A DNA stretch of 64,000 nt. Source: Dictyostelium discoideum. Its lineage: Eukaryota. Numbering within the stretch: the stretch's first letter is position 1; every line of letters begins with the position of its first letter. The stretch covers positions 3,520,001 to 3,584,000 of the forward strand of contig CM000153.2 in NCBI GenBank assembly GCA_000004695.1, written 5' to 3'. A program made the position numbers and the translations under genes. Below, in pieces: positions 49,172 through 64,000 of the stretch. A model generated the notes under the pieces. It was not told the origin of the DNA. It saw nothing but the letters and a program-made list of their open reading frames with translations, and did not search any database.

Positions 49172-49276
49172 ATCACCCTTGTTATGATTGATTTCGATTC
49201 GATTCGATTTGATTTAATTTGATATGATTTATTATTATATTATTACTATTTTTATTATTTTTATTTTAAAATAAAA

Positions 49277-52200
49277 TTAATCTTTTAAAACTGTAATAAT
49301 TGGTTTCTTTAATAAATGTCTAATTGGGGAAACTACAGAAATGATTGAGACAATTAAAGATGAAATGAAGAGTATAGGAATTAATTCCCATTGAATTGAA
49401 AATGGTATAATTTGTTGATTCATAACTGATTGTTCTAATAGAATTGTATAGCTAATGAAAAGACCAATAATAATACCAATTATACAACTACCAAATGAAA
49501 GTGTAAAAGCTTCAAAAATATAGATTTTATAGATTTTAAAATTTGATAGACCAATTGATCTTAGAATACCAATTTCTTTTGATTGATTTTTAATATTTGT
49601 AAACATTGATGAAATTAATGAAAATGATGATATAATCATTGAGAGTACTGTTGCAAAATCAAAGAATAATGAATTTAATTTATCTGAACTGTTTGATGAA
49701 TCTTTATATCTAATTATATAAGGACCTGTTGATTTTAGATTAGATAAACATTTTTGACTAATTTTTAATCTTAATGAATCAATTAAATCATAATCTAATG
49801 ATTTTGGTTTAATTAAAATTACACTAACTGGTATATTCCTAACCGAGTCGATATTACCACCTGATAACCCAACATATGCTGGAAATGAGGCTATTACACT
49901 TTGAGTTGCACCTTTATCTGGAATCTCAGATACACTAAATGTACCTGCAGTTTTTAAATATGCTAATGGTTTCATTAAATAACGACCCATCCAATTTAAT
50001 GTTACATTTTGTTGTTGATTTTTGCCAGATGGATCAATTTTTGTATAATTATTAATTTCAATATAATTTGATAATAAATATTCATCACTACCACCTTCTT
50101 GATCAAGATACAATAATTTCTTTTGAGATTGAGTTAATATTAATTTATTCATTGAATCTTTACTATATAAAATCGTTGATAAATCAGTCATATCACCATT
50201 TTGATTAAAATCAACATCTTTATCAGTTTTTAAATTTTCTGAAACTGATGAAACTTGAAAATAATCTTCCATTAATTCACTGAAATAAGTTGGACCAACT
50301 GCAAATAATGATGATTTTAAAATTCTAGTTCTACCAAGATCAGAAACCGTTGATTTCTTATTATCAGGTTGAGAAAACTCACTAAACTCCATTGATCTTA
50401 ATGAATAACTATCTAAACCATTATTATCATCCATTAAACCATCTAAACATTGGGTAATATGTGATAAATCTTCTCTAAGTAAAAATGTTTCTGTTTCAAT
50501 CTTTAAAAGTGAACCATAGTATTGTTTTCTAGAAGCATTTGCAGTTTCAACTTGAACTAAATATAAACAACTAATTGTAATAATTAAAGATACAGAAATA
50601 CCAAACATAAACATTGTACCTTTATTCTTTTTCTTGTGAGAAATTAAATTTTTATATAAAATTCTTCTAATAATATATTTTGCACCAGGATCGATTAAAG
50701 TAATAAGGTAAACTAATGTTTTTGAAATGATTAAATGGAAATTCATCATTAAGAAAATTGCTGATATTAAAACTAAAATTAACAATCCAAATAATAATGC
50801 TAATAATGAACTGACATCACCGGATAATAATAATTTTGGTAATAAAAAACATACCACTATACCAAAAGCACTAATTGATAAACCAATCAATGATACAGAC
50901 TTTTTAAATTCTGCATCTTTTGAACCTTTATCAATTGTTGTAATTTGATGTGATGATATTTTTGATCTACTAGTATCCAATTGTTGATTTAATGAAAAAC
51001 TTAATGCTTTTCTAATTGGTAATATCAATGATACCATTGGTATTAGAAAACCAAACAAAATTGAAAATAGAATTGAATTTACTGTTAAATACTTTGAAAT
51101 ATCTGCTGAATTTGATATACTCTTTAATTGATCTACGACTATAACTAAAAAGATTTGTGAAATTATTAAACCTAATATAATTGATGGTATTGTGAAAATT
51201 ATTGTTTTTGAAACTATTAGCTCGATGATGAAACTAAATTTAGCACCTAACATTCTAAATACACCGTTATTAAATGTCATTGAATCCACATCAATCATTA
51301 ATGTTGTATAAATTAAAAGAATTGATAATAAAAGGAATACAAAAACTATAATATTTAATAATTGACCTAAATTATTTGAAACATCTTTGCTCTTGTATAA
51401 TTCAGTCATTACTGGTGTTGAAATATCAACTCTACCAACACCAATTTTGTAAATTAATTTTGAGCAATAATCACCCACACGTTGTAAAGTTTTATCTAAA
51501 TCTGTACCATAATACATTGATAATCTTGGTGATGGAAATTTCATAACTATATATTCGACATATTCTTTTAAATTTCTATTTTTCATTAAATCTACATTCC
51601 ATGTTGGATTTACTTGTTCAACCATTGAATCATAGAATGAGTCAATATCAATTAATATAGATGGTATTGTTTCACCCAATTCAAAACCTAATTCATAACC
51701 TAATTCGTATGGATTCTCTGTATTATTGAAAAATCCATTAACTTTTAATTTTGTTATTATATATGGTGATTTTTCAATTTGAGTTGTTGAAATCATTGAA
51801 TCTGTTAATAAAGTTGATAATAATTTAACTGCTGGTACTTTTAAAAAAATTTCATCACCAATCTTTAATTCTATTCTTTTAGCCAATGATTCTATCATTA
51901 AACATGTACCCTTTGGTTGTGATCCATAACCAAATGTTGATTTTATACCCATATCATTCTCTTTTTTAAAATCTAGTAATTGGAAACCCATATATACATG
52001 TTCTCCATCACCACCACATCTATTAATAAAACAAGTACTCTCTGTGCAATTTAAATCACTACCATTTGAAAAGTACCTTGCTTCAATATTATTTTCAACA
52101 ATGTTTTCACAATAATTTACGGGATATCCAAATGCATCTATCATATGAAATCTTGGTGAATTATAATCAAAATTATTAAAACCACTACTATCACCACCAA

Positions 52201-52685
52201 TAAATAAACTATTGAAACTATTAGCTTCATTCAATTCTATTAATTTTTCAAAATTTAAAGTTGCATCATTTAAAAGTTGATCAATTAATGTATAATTTAA
52301 TCTGACATCAATAATTTCACCTAAATCTATTGATTGTTGTTTGCCTGATATTATTAAATCAATACCATAGGCATCAGAATCTGCTTTACTTAAAAATATT
52401 AATGATATATTTGATAATACTGATAAACCAGTTGCAACTAAAATTACTACTAAAAAACATGATATAAAACCAATACTATAATTCAATTTACTCCTTTTAA
52501 TACCATTTATTGAATATTTAATTATTGAAAACCATTCTTCAGTAATTTTAAAAAATCCAATATTTCTTAAAATTAATTTAATCTTTTTTAAAATTATTTT
52601 AATCCTTTTTAAAATTGATTTAAAAAATTCTAAAATTATTATTATTATTTTTATTATTATTATTTTAAATTTTTTTATATATAAA

Positions 52686-52716
<31 letters not shown>

Positions 52717-53032
52717 CATCTTCATCATTATTATTATTATTATTATCATTTGATGATTTTTTAAAATCTGATAATTCAACTTGACTATATTCACCAACAC
52801 TATCTCTCCAATTATTATAATATTTTTTGTCACTAATTAAAATTGTATCATTTTCATTATTTTCACTCCTTTTCATTGCACTTGTTAATATTGAATTATT
52901 ATTGTTGAGGTTGTTTTTATCCTCATCGTCATCATCGTCGTTATTATTATTGTTATTGTTTTCTTCATAATTATTTACACTATCTTCATTATCGTTAGCA
53001 CTTATTCCAAAATAATTATCATTTTGAACCAT
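49277..53032 (-). CDS. Double MacB/FtsX-type permease-domain membrane protein, paralogue D. Single exon, 1251 aa.
   Basis: Uninterrupted ORF with the same two-module FtsX architecture. The N-terminal extension is extremely D/N-rich (NNNNNNNDDDDDEDKNN...). The FtsX loops are NNGVFRMLGAKFSF and EIGILRSIGLSNFKIYKIYIFEAFTLS. Confidence 0.8.
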
Positions 53033-53038
53033 TCCTAT

Positions 53039-53078
<40 letters not shown>

Positions 53079-54095
53079 CAAGGTTATTATTTATTTTTTT
53101 TACAACAAGGTTATTTTTTTATTTTTATTTTTTATTTTATTAAAATTTTTTTAATATTTCTTACCTATCTTTTTAATATTTTTTTTTTTTTTTTTTTACA
53201 ACAAGGTAATTTTTTTTTTTTTTTTTTTTTTTTTTTTCAAATAAATTAAAATTTAAAATGATTATTAGAATATTATTTTAAAAAAAGATATATAAAAAAA
53301 AAAAAAATTTAAAAATAAATTTCAATAAAAAATATCAAAAAAAAAAAAAAATAGAATAATTTTAAATAATTGAAAGAAAATGTGTGAAGGGGTTTTTTTT
53401 CTTTTTAATTAAATAAAAAGTTAAAAAGAAAAAAAATAAATATTAGAAAAAAAAAAAAAAAACGGTGATTGTGAGGTTTTACAAAAAAAAGCAAAACGAA
53501 AATTAAATTAAAAAAATAAAAAAAAAAATTAAAGTCGAAATTTATTTTCACATAACCTTATTTCCAGGGTTCTTTGAGAACAAATTAAAAAAAACAAATC
53601 GGCTTGTAACCCCGTAATACACTCGCACTGTTTCGGTCTAAAAATGTCAAAAAAAAAAAAAAAAAAAAAAAAATTAAAAAAATATTAAAAAAAAAAAATA
53701 TTGAAAAAAAAAATTTGTTTTGAACTTTTACACCAATTGCGTCATTTTAAATCGATTTCCAGTTATAATTTTTTTTTTTTTTAATCTTTGGAATTGTTTA
53801 TCATAAGTAATAAAAAAAAATTATGAAGAATAAATAAAAGAAAAAAGAAAAAAATTTCTAATTCATTTTTTTTTTTTTTTTTTTTATTTATTTTTAATAT
53901 GGAGCACCAAAAACGATATAAAATATAAAAAAAAGTGAATTTAACCATTCCTTTTTTTTTTTTTTAATTTTCAAAGAAATTATTTAAGATTATAATTTTT
54001 TTTTTTTTTATTTTAAATTCACAACAACTAACAAACCTTTTTTTTTCGGGGATACAATTTTTTTTTTTTTATTTACAAATTTGGTTGTTGAATTC

Positions 54096-54611
54096 CTATA
54101 AGTTATTATTACTATTAAATCCTTTTTTCTTTAAAATTAATTGTGGTGAATTTAAAATATCGATAACTTTTTGTTTGATGTTATTCATTGATTCGCTATC
54201 AATTGAGGTATTACTATTACTATTATCTATTTCATTAACACTTTTTTCAGGTGAAAATAATAATTCTGTTAATGATAAACCATTATTACCATTTTGTTGT
54301 TGTTGTTGTTGTTGTTCTGTTTCACTATTATTATCTTTGTTGTTTATTAATGTTGGTACTGAAGTTACATTAATTGCATCAATATCTAAACAATGTTGAA
54401 GGAATTCTTCCATTGACATTTTTCTTATTGAATTTGGTAAATTTAATAACTCTGATTGTAAATTCTTTTTCAATAATTCACTTAACATCTTTGATTCATT
54501 TCTTAAACTTTCAATATGTGTTTCAACTAAATTTAATTTAAAACAAAAAAAAATAAAAATAAAAAAAAAAATTAATTTATTTATTTATCAACACATTAAC
54601 AAATATTAAAG

Positions 54612-54648
<37 letters not shown>

Positions 54649-54724
54649 GATTATTATTTTTACCCTCTTTATCAAAGTGTTCCAAACCAAATTTTAATAT
54701 TTCATATGATTCATTATTTGACAT
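54096..54724 (-). CDS. Hypothetical coiled-coil (leucine-heptad) protein. The secure part is ORF complement(54096..54488). A possible 5' exon complement(about 54607..54724) encodes MSNNESYEILKFGLEHFDKEGKNNNH(N)13..
   Basis: The minus-strand ORF shows heptad-spaced Leu (LVETHIESLRNESKMLSELLKKNLQSELLNL) followed by poly-Q/N. An upstream ATG-initiated ORF could be joined through a weak GTTAAT donor and an AATTTAG acceptor. The plus-strand ORF 54085..54399 is a low-complexity antisense artefact. Confidence 0.35.
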
Positions 54725-55374
54725 TCTGTTTTAAATATTACACTGTGCAATGTTTTGTAATTATTTTTTTAACATTTTTAATTAACTTTGAAAAAAAAAA
54801 AAATAAAAAATAAAAAATGAAAAAAAAAAAATGAGAAAAAAAAAAAAAAAAAAAAATGAAAAAAAAGGAGGGAAATTTGCTAAGTTACTTTTTTTTTATA
54901 TTTTTATTTTTGTTAATTTAATAAGAAATGATTTTTTTTTTTTTTTTTTTGTAATCCCACAAAACAATTTTAATTAAAAGAAAGTTAATTTAAAATTTTT
55001 TTTATTGATATATTAAAATGTGATAAATCACAATAAAAGTTGACCTCACAGCAATTAACTAGTTTTAAAGAAACCCCCTTGTCAACTGTACTTTTTTTTT
55101 TTTTTTTTAATAAATAAAATTAAGAATCCTGGAAATCCAAAAAAAAAAAAAAAAAGAAAAAAAAATAATAATAATAAGCAAAAAAAACAAATAAAATAAT
55201 ATTTTTAAATTTAATTATAAATTTTATTAAAATGTTTGATTTTTAAGGTTGTAAATTTATAAACCCATTGGTGTAATTTGATAATCAAATTGTTTTTTTT
55301 TGATGATCAAACAAAACTATATCTAAAAGTACTTGGTAAATTATTAATTTGTTAATTGTTTGATGGTATTTTGT

Positions 55375-55629
55375 TTAAGAGATGGTTTTTTGTTCTTCAG
55401 TGGGTTGTTCATGTTTTGAAATTATATGAGTGTTTAATCTTTGTTTTGATGATAAAATTTTTCCACAATCTAAACAATTAAAGCCAGTTTCCACCTGTTT
55501 TGAATGTTCTAAACCACATGCTTCTTTACAAAGAATATGTTTTGTATTTAAATGTTTATCCAAATCTCTATTATTTTTACACCTTTTTCTGCAACTTGTA
55601 TGTCCACAAATATATTCTTTTTTTACCAT
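55375..55629 (-). CDS. Small (84 aa) C2H2-type zinc-finger protein
   Basis: Two C-x2-C...H-x3/4-H units (CGHTSCRKRCKNNRDLDKHLNTKH and CLDCGKILSSKQRLNTHIISKH) in a compact ORF. The flanks are poly-A/T. It could also be one exon of a larger gene. Confidence 0.45.
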   Translation of the reverse strand: MVKKEYICGHTSCRKRCKNNRDLDKHLNTKHILCKEACGLEHSKQVETGFNCLDCGKILSSKQRLNTHIISKHEQPTEEQKTIS

Positions 55630-55824
55630 TTTATTAATAAAATAAATTAATAATATATTGAGGGGTTAAATCTGAAAAAAAAAAATTTGAAAAATTAGTT
55701 CAACACTTTCCACCCCCAAAAAAACTAAATTTTCTTTATTCCCTTTTAAAAAAAATATATGTTTTTCGAAATTGTTTATTTTTGATAATCAAAAATTTAA
55801 AATAAAATCTAAAAAAAACCATTT

Positions 55825-55859
<35 letters not shown>

Positions 55860-56200
55860 AGGTATTAAAAAAAAAAAAAAAAAAATATTTGATTTAATTT
55901 TTTTTTTTTTTTTTTTTTTTATACAATTTTATTTATTTAAATAATATAGATTTAGTATAGATATATATAGAACCTAAAAATTCACAATTTTGGATTTATT
56001 TTTATGATAAAAATCAATTCTTTTTTTTTTTTTTTTTTTTTTGATAAATCTTTAAATAAACTATCATTTTTTTTAAGATTTTGTGTTGAGATATTTTTTT
56101 TTTGAAAATTTTGAGTTGCTTTTTCTATTTTTTTTATTATAATTTAAATAAAAAAAAATAAAAAAAAATTAGATATTTAATAATTTTTTTGTTTAACAAA

Positions 56201-56243
<43 letters not shown>

Positions 56244-56295
56244 GGTAAAAAATGTCGTTGATATTTTTTTTTTTTTTTTTTTTTTTAAAAAAAAA

Positions 56296-57069
56296 ATGAT
56301 TAAAATATCTTTTACGTTAATACCATTATTTTTATTGTTATTACTATTTTTAAATGATTGTATTGGTTTATATATTTATATGAAACCATTTACAAATAAT
56401 AAATGTAGTGGTGAATCAGAAGGAATTGGATATATTTTTAATCAAAATGAAGATTCATGTATTATTTTATCAAACTCTACAAACCCAATAAATTCTAGTT
56501 TAGAAATCAATGTATTTGGAGAGATTGGATCATTTCAAATTTTTAATTCTTTAAATTGTAAAATCGATTCAAATGATCCAAAACCAATTTCATTTGCATT
56601 TAAAAATAATCAATGTGTTAATTTACCAACAATGTTTAATTATAATTTTAATTCAACAACAACAATAACAACAGAATCACCAATGAATTCATTTAATACT
56701 GATAATGTTAATCAATATTTTCAAATGAACTTAATTTCGTCTCTGAATGAAATTAATCAAATAATTGATCAAGTATATGGTGTAAAGAAATTTCAATATC
56801 AATTATCAAATCAATGTTCAAATTCAAACTTTCAATTAATTCAATTTTTTACAAATAATTTTAATATAACTACTGAAATTAATAATAATAATAATAATAG
56901 TAATAATACTACAATAACCTCAAGCATATTTTGTAATTCCCAAAAAGAACCAACTATTCAGCAATGTCGAAATGGTGCTGACAACCAATGTATATTTGAA
57001 TCTTTATTTTTGCCTTGTTCTGAAATAATTGAAAATGATATTAGTTACAATTTAGTACAAACTTGTTAA
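56296..57069 (+). CDS. Cys-rich secreted protein, a paralogue of the 33333 gene family. About 258 aa from the Met at 56296.
   Basis: Signal peptide MIKISFTLIPLFLLLLLFLN. Spaced Cys residues (NKCSGESEG, DSCIIL, LNCKID, NQCVNL, SNQCSN, IFCNS, QCRNGADNQCIFESLFLPCSE) and N-glycosylation sequons. The poly-F codons upstream of 56296 are untranslated. Confidence 0.5.
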   Translation: MIKISFTLIPLFLLLLLFLNDCIGLYIYMKPFTNNKCSGESEGIGYIFNQNEDSCIILSNSTNPINSSLEINVFGEIGSFQIFNSLNCKIDSNDPKPISFAFKNNQCVNLPTMFNYNFNSTTTITTESPMNSFNTDNVNQYFQMNLISSLNEINQIIDQVYGVKKFQYQLSNQCSNSNFQLIQFFTNNFNITTEINNNNNNSNNTTITSSIFCNSQKEPTIQQCRNGADNQCIFESLFLPCSEIIENDISYNLVQTC

Positions 57070-57439
57070 AAAAAAATTAAAAATAAAAAATTAAATCTTC
57101 ATTTTTCCCTTTTTTAATTTTATTTTTAAAATCCCCACTTTTTTTTTTTTTTTTTTTTTGGAAAAAGATTAAAAGTCAAAAAAAAAAAAAGGAAACAATG
57201 TGTCCAAATAAAAAAATAAATTAATAAAAAATAAAATAAAAATAAAAAAATAAAAATTTGAAAAATAAAAATAAAAATAAAAAAGTTAAAAAAAAAAAAA
57301 AAAAAAAAAAAAATCAAAAAAAAAAAAAAAAAAAATCTAAGCCACCAGTCTACATAAAAAAAAAAAAAAGAAAAGAATAAAGTAATAAAAATAAAAAGTA
57401 ATAAAAGATAGGTTTATATAAATATATGGTTCTATAGAA

Positions 57440-61748
<4,309 letters not shown>

Positions 61749-62120
61749 AAATCTTAGAAAAAAAAAAAATAAAAAAAAATAAACAAAAATATTTAAAATT
61801 AAAAAATAAAAAAAAGTGATCACTTTTTTTTATTTTACTTTATTTTTATTTTTTTTTAGATTTTTTTTTTTTTTTCAATTTTTTTTTTTTTTTTTTTTTT
61901 TTTATTGATAAAGTAAGCGAGTAAAAAAAAAGAAAAAACGAAAATTTTTTCAATTTTTTTTAATTTTTTTTATTTTTTTTTTATTTTTTATTTTTTTTTT
62001 TTTTTGGAAACGAAAAAAAAACTTTTTTTTCTTATTTTTTTTTATTTTTTTTTTTTTTTTTTCATACAAATTATTTATATCATTATTTGTTTCAAATAAA
62101 TTTTAAAAGGAAAAAAAGAA

Positions 62121-63854
62121 ATGGCAACACATATTTTATTCGAAACAGCAACTGGTTTCAATATTTTCCAATTATCTGGTATGGAATCAATTGCAGAATT
62201 TACCGATCAAGTTCAAAAATCAATGCAAGATTTCAGTAAATTCAGTAAAGTTTGTAAAATGGTTGGTTCACTTCCATTTACATCAGCAGAAAATGCCTTA
62301 GAAAATATCAATTCAATCTCTGAAGGTATTTTAACTGAAAGTCTTCATGACTTTTTAAAACAAACTTTCTCAAAGAAAACTGAAGGTGTTGTTTTAGGTG
62401 TTTGTGATAATAAATTATCCGCATCAATTGGTGATGAATTAAAAATTTCATGTTTATCAAATTCACATACTTCTGTAAGTTTTTATTATTAAAAATAAAA
62501 TATTAAATATATTAAATTTAAAAAAAAAAAAATAATTAACATAAAGTATTATTATTATTATTATTATTATTATATAATTTAATAGGAAATTATTAGATGT
62601 ATTAGAAATCATATTTCTGAATTTACAAAATTAAAATCAGCAGATTTATTGAAAGCACAATTAGGTCTTGGTCATAGTTATTCAAGATCCAAAGTAAAGT
62701 TTAATGTACACAAAGTTGATAATATGATTATTCAATCAATTTGTTTATTGGAACAATTGGATAAAGATTTAAATACCTTTTTCATGAGATTAAGAGAATG
62801 GTACTCATGGCATTTCCCAGAATTATTAAAGATTATTGAGAGTCAAGTACACTTTGCAAAATTAGCAAAATTAATTCAAAATAAAAAGAATCTCACAGAG
62901 GAATCATTGGATGAAATTAAAGAGATCCTCGAAGACAATGAATCATTGGCAAAGGATGTCCTCAGTGCTGCCAAAGCATCAATGGGTGGTGATATCAGTC
63001 AAATCGATTTAGTTACCGTCATGCATTTTGCTGATCGTGTCATCTCCTTGGATGAATATCGTACCAATCTCACTCAATACTTGGCAAAGAAGATGCAAGA
63101 TATCGCTCCAAATCTTAGTGCACTCGTTGGTGATCGTATCGGTGCTAAATTGATCTCACGTGCTGGTTCTCTCACTTCTTTGGCTAAATACCCAGCTTCA
63201 ACCGTTCAAATTCTTGGTGCTGAGAAAGCTCTCTTCCGTGCCATGAAAGTTCGTGGTAAAACTCCAAAATATGGTATCATTTTCAATGCCTCTGCCGTCT
63301 CTTCTGAAACTAAAAACAAAGGTAGAATCGCTCGTTGTCTCTCCAATAAAATTTCAATTGCCACTCGTATCGATTGTTTCTCTGATAATCCAACCGCTAA
63401 ATTCGGTGTTGCCCTCAAACAACAAGTTGCCGATAGAATTAAATTTTTCAATAATGGTGTCGCTCCAAAGAGAAATTTAGATGTCATGAAAGAAGTTATC
63501 GAGGAAGTTGAAAAAGATTTCGCTGAGGAAGAAGTCAAACCAGTCGTTAAAGAATCATCAAGCAAAAAGAGAAAAGAATCTGAACCAACCGAAGAGAAAT
63601 CCTCAAAGAAATCAAAGAAAGAAGAAAAATCCTCAAAGAAATCAAAATCTGATGATGTTGAAATGAAAGAAGAGCCAGTCAAAGAAGAAAAGAAATCATC
63701 AAAGAAATCTTCATCAAAGAAAGAAGAAGAACCAGTTAAAGAAGAAAAGAAATCATCATCAAAGAAAGAAGATAAAAAAGAAAAGAAAGAATCAAAGAAA
63801 GATGAAAAAGAAGAAAAAAAATCTTCAAAAAAAGATAAAAAAGAAAAGAAATAA
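62121..63854 (+). CDS. Nucleolar protein NOP56 (box C/D snoRNP core protein, Nop56/58 family) with a KKE/D-rich tail. Exons 62121..62474 and 62585..63854, with an apparent 1-nt frame discontinuity near 62640.
   Basis: Exon 1 matches the NOP56 N-domain (LFETATGFNIF..LPFTSAENALENINSISEGILTESLHDFL..VLGVCDNKLSASIGDELKISC). A GTAAGT donor lies at 62475 and an AATAG acceptor at 62584. Exon 2 has KAQLGLGHSYSRSKVKFNVHKVDNMIIQSICLLEQLDKDLNTFFMRLREWYSWHFPEL..AKYPASTVQILGAEKALFRA..GRIARCLSNKISIATRIDCF, matching the NOP domain, plus a KKE/D tail. The conserved segment EIIRCIRNHISEFTKLKSA (62585-62641) is in frame +2 relative to the rest of exon 2. Confidence 0.85.
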
Positions 63855-63934
63855 AATAAATCAAATCATTAGTAATAATAATAATAATTCTCTTTGTCTT
63901 AACTCCTTCCATCCTATTTCCTTTTTTTGTTACA

Positions 63935-63973
<39 letters not shown>

Positions 63974-64000
63974 AAAGAAAATATAAAAAAAAAAAAAATA

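Noticed and set aside
54085-54399. Plus-strand ORF 54085..54399 containing a CCCCCCC run
   Set aside because: It is antisense to the better-supported minus-strand coiled-coil ORF. It is low-complexity, reading poly-Q codons backwards.
55430-55645. Plus-strand ORF overlapping the zinc-finger ORF
   Set aside because: The minus strand encodes two clean C2H2 units and the plus-strand frame has no recognisable features.

Overview
The window is AT-rich (about 20-25% GC) nuclear DNA with the hallmarks of a dictyostelid social amoeba, most likely Dictyostelium discoideum or a close relative. Intergenic and intron regions are long poly(A)/poly(T) runs. Introns are short (80-240 nt), start GTAAGT/GTATGT/GTAAAT and end in TAG. 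Coding regions carry AAT/CAA/ACA tracts encoding poly-N/Q/T. I recognise about 20 protein-coding genes: a RhoGAP (5'-partial), an AMPK-family Ser/Thr kinase, an AMPK-gamma-like CBS protein, a GH20 beta-hexosaminidase, a PP2C-like phosphatase, a heterotrimeric G-protein alpha subunit, a BCCIP/Bcp1 homologue, a Vps54/syndetin-like GARP/EARP subunit, a 3'-5' exonuclease-domain protein, two Cys-rich secreted proteins, a C2H2 zinc-finger mini-protein, a large orphan low-complexity protein, NOP56 and a few hypotheticals. The most striking content is a head-to-tail array on the minus strand (34.5-53.0 kb) of four paralogous genes encoding ~1150-1250-aa proteins built from two tandem MacB/FtsX-type (bacterial 'type VII ABC') permease modules, with no ABC ATPase in the window. 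Three of these copies are nearly identical at the nucleotide level. Other observations: a tandem segmental duplication at a convergent 3' end that created two pseudo-exon fragments; apparent frameshifts in a Cys-rich secreted gene and in NOP56; a 60-bp inverted repeat (MITE-like); an unannotated 2-exon mini-ORF; and a 6.6-kb gene-free AT-rich block. No tRNA, rRNA or CRISPR features were seen. Splice coordinates are hand-derived and may be off by 1-2 nt; in two places (around 32340-32460) the printed sequence and the supplied ORF track disagree by one base.
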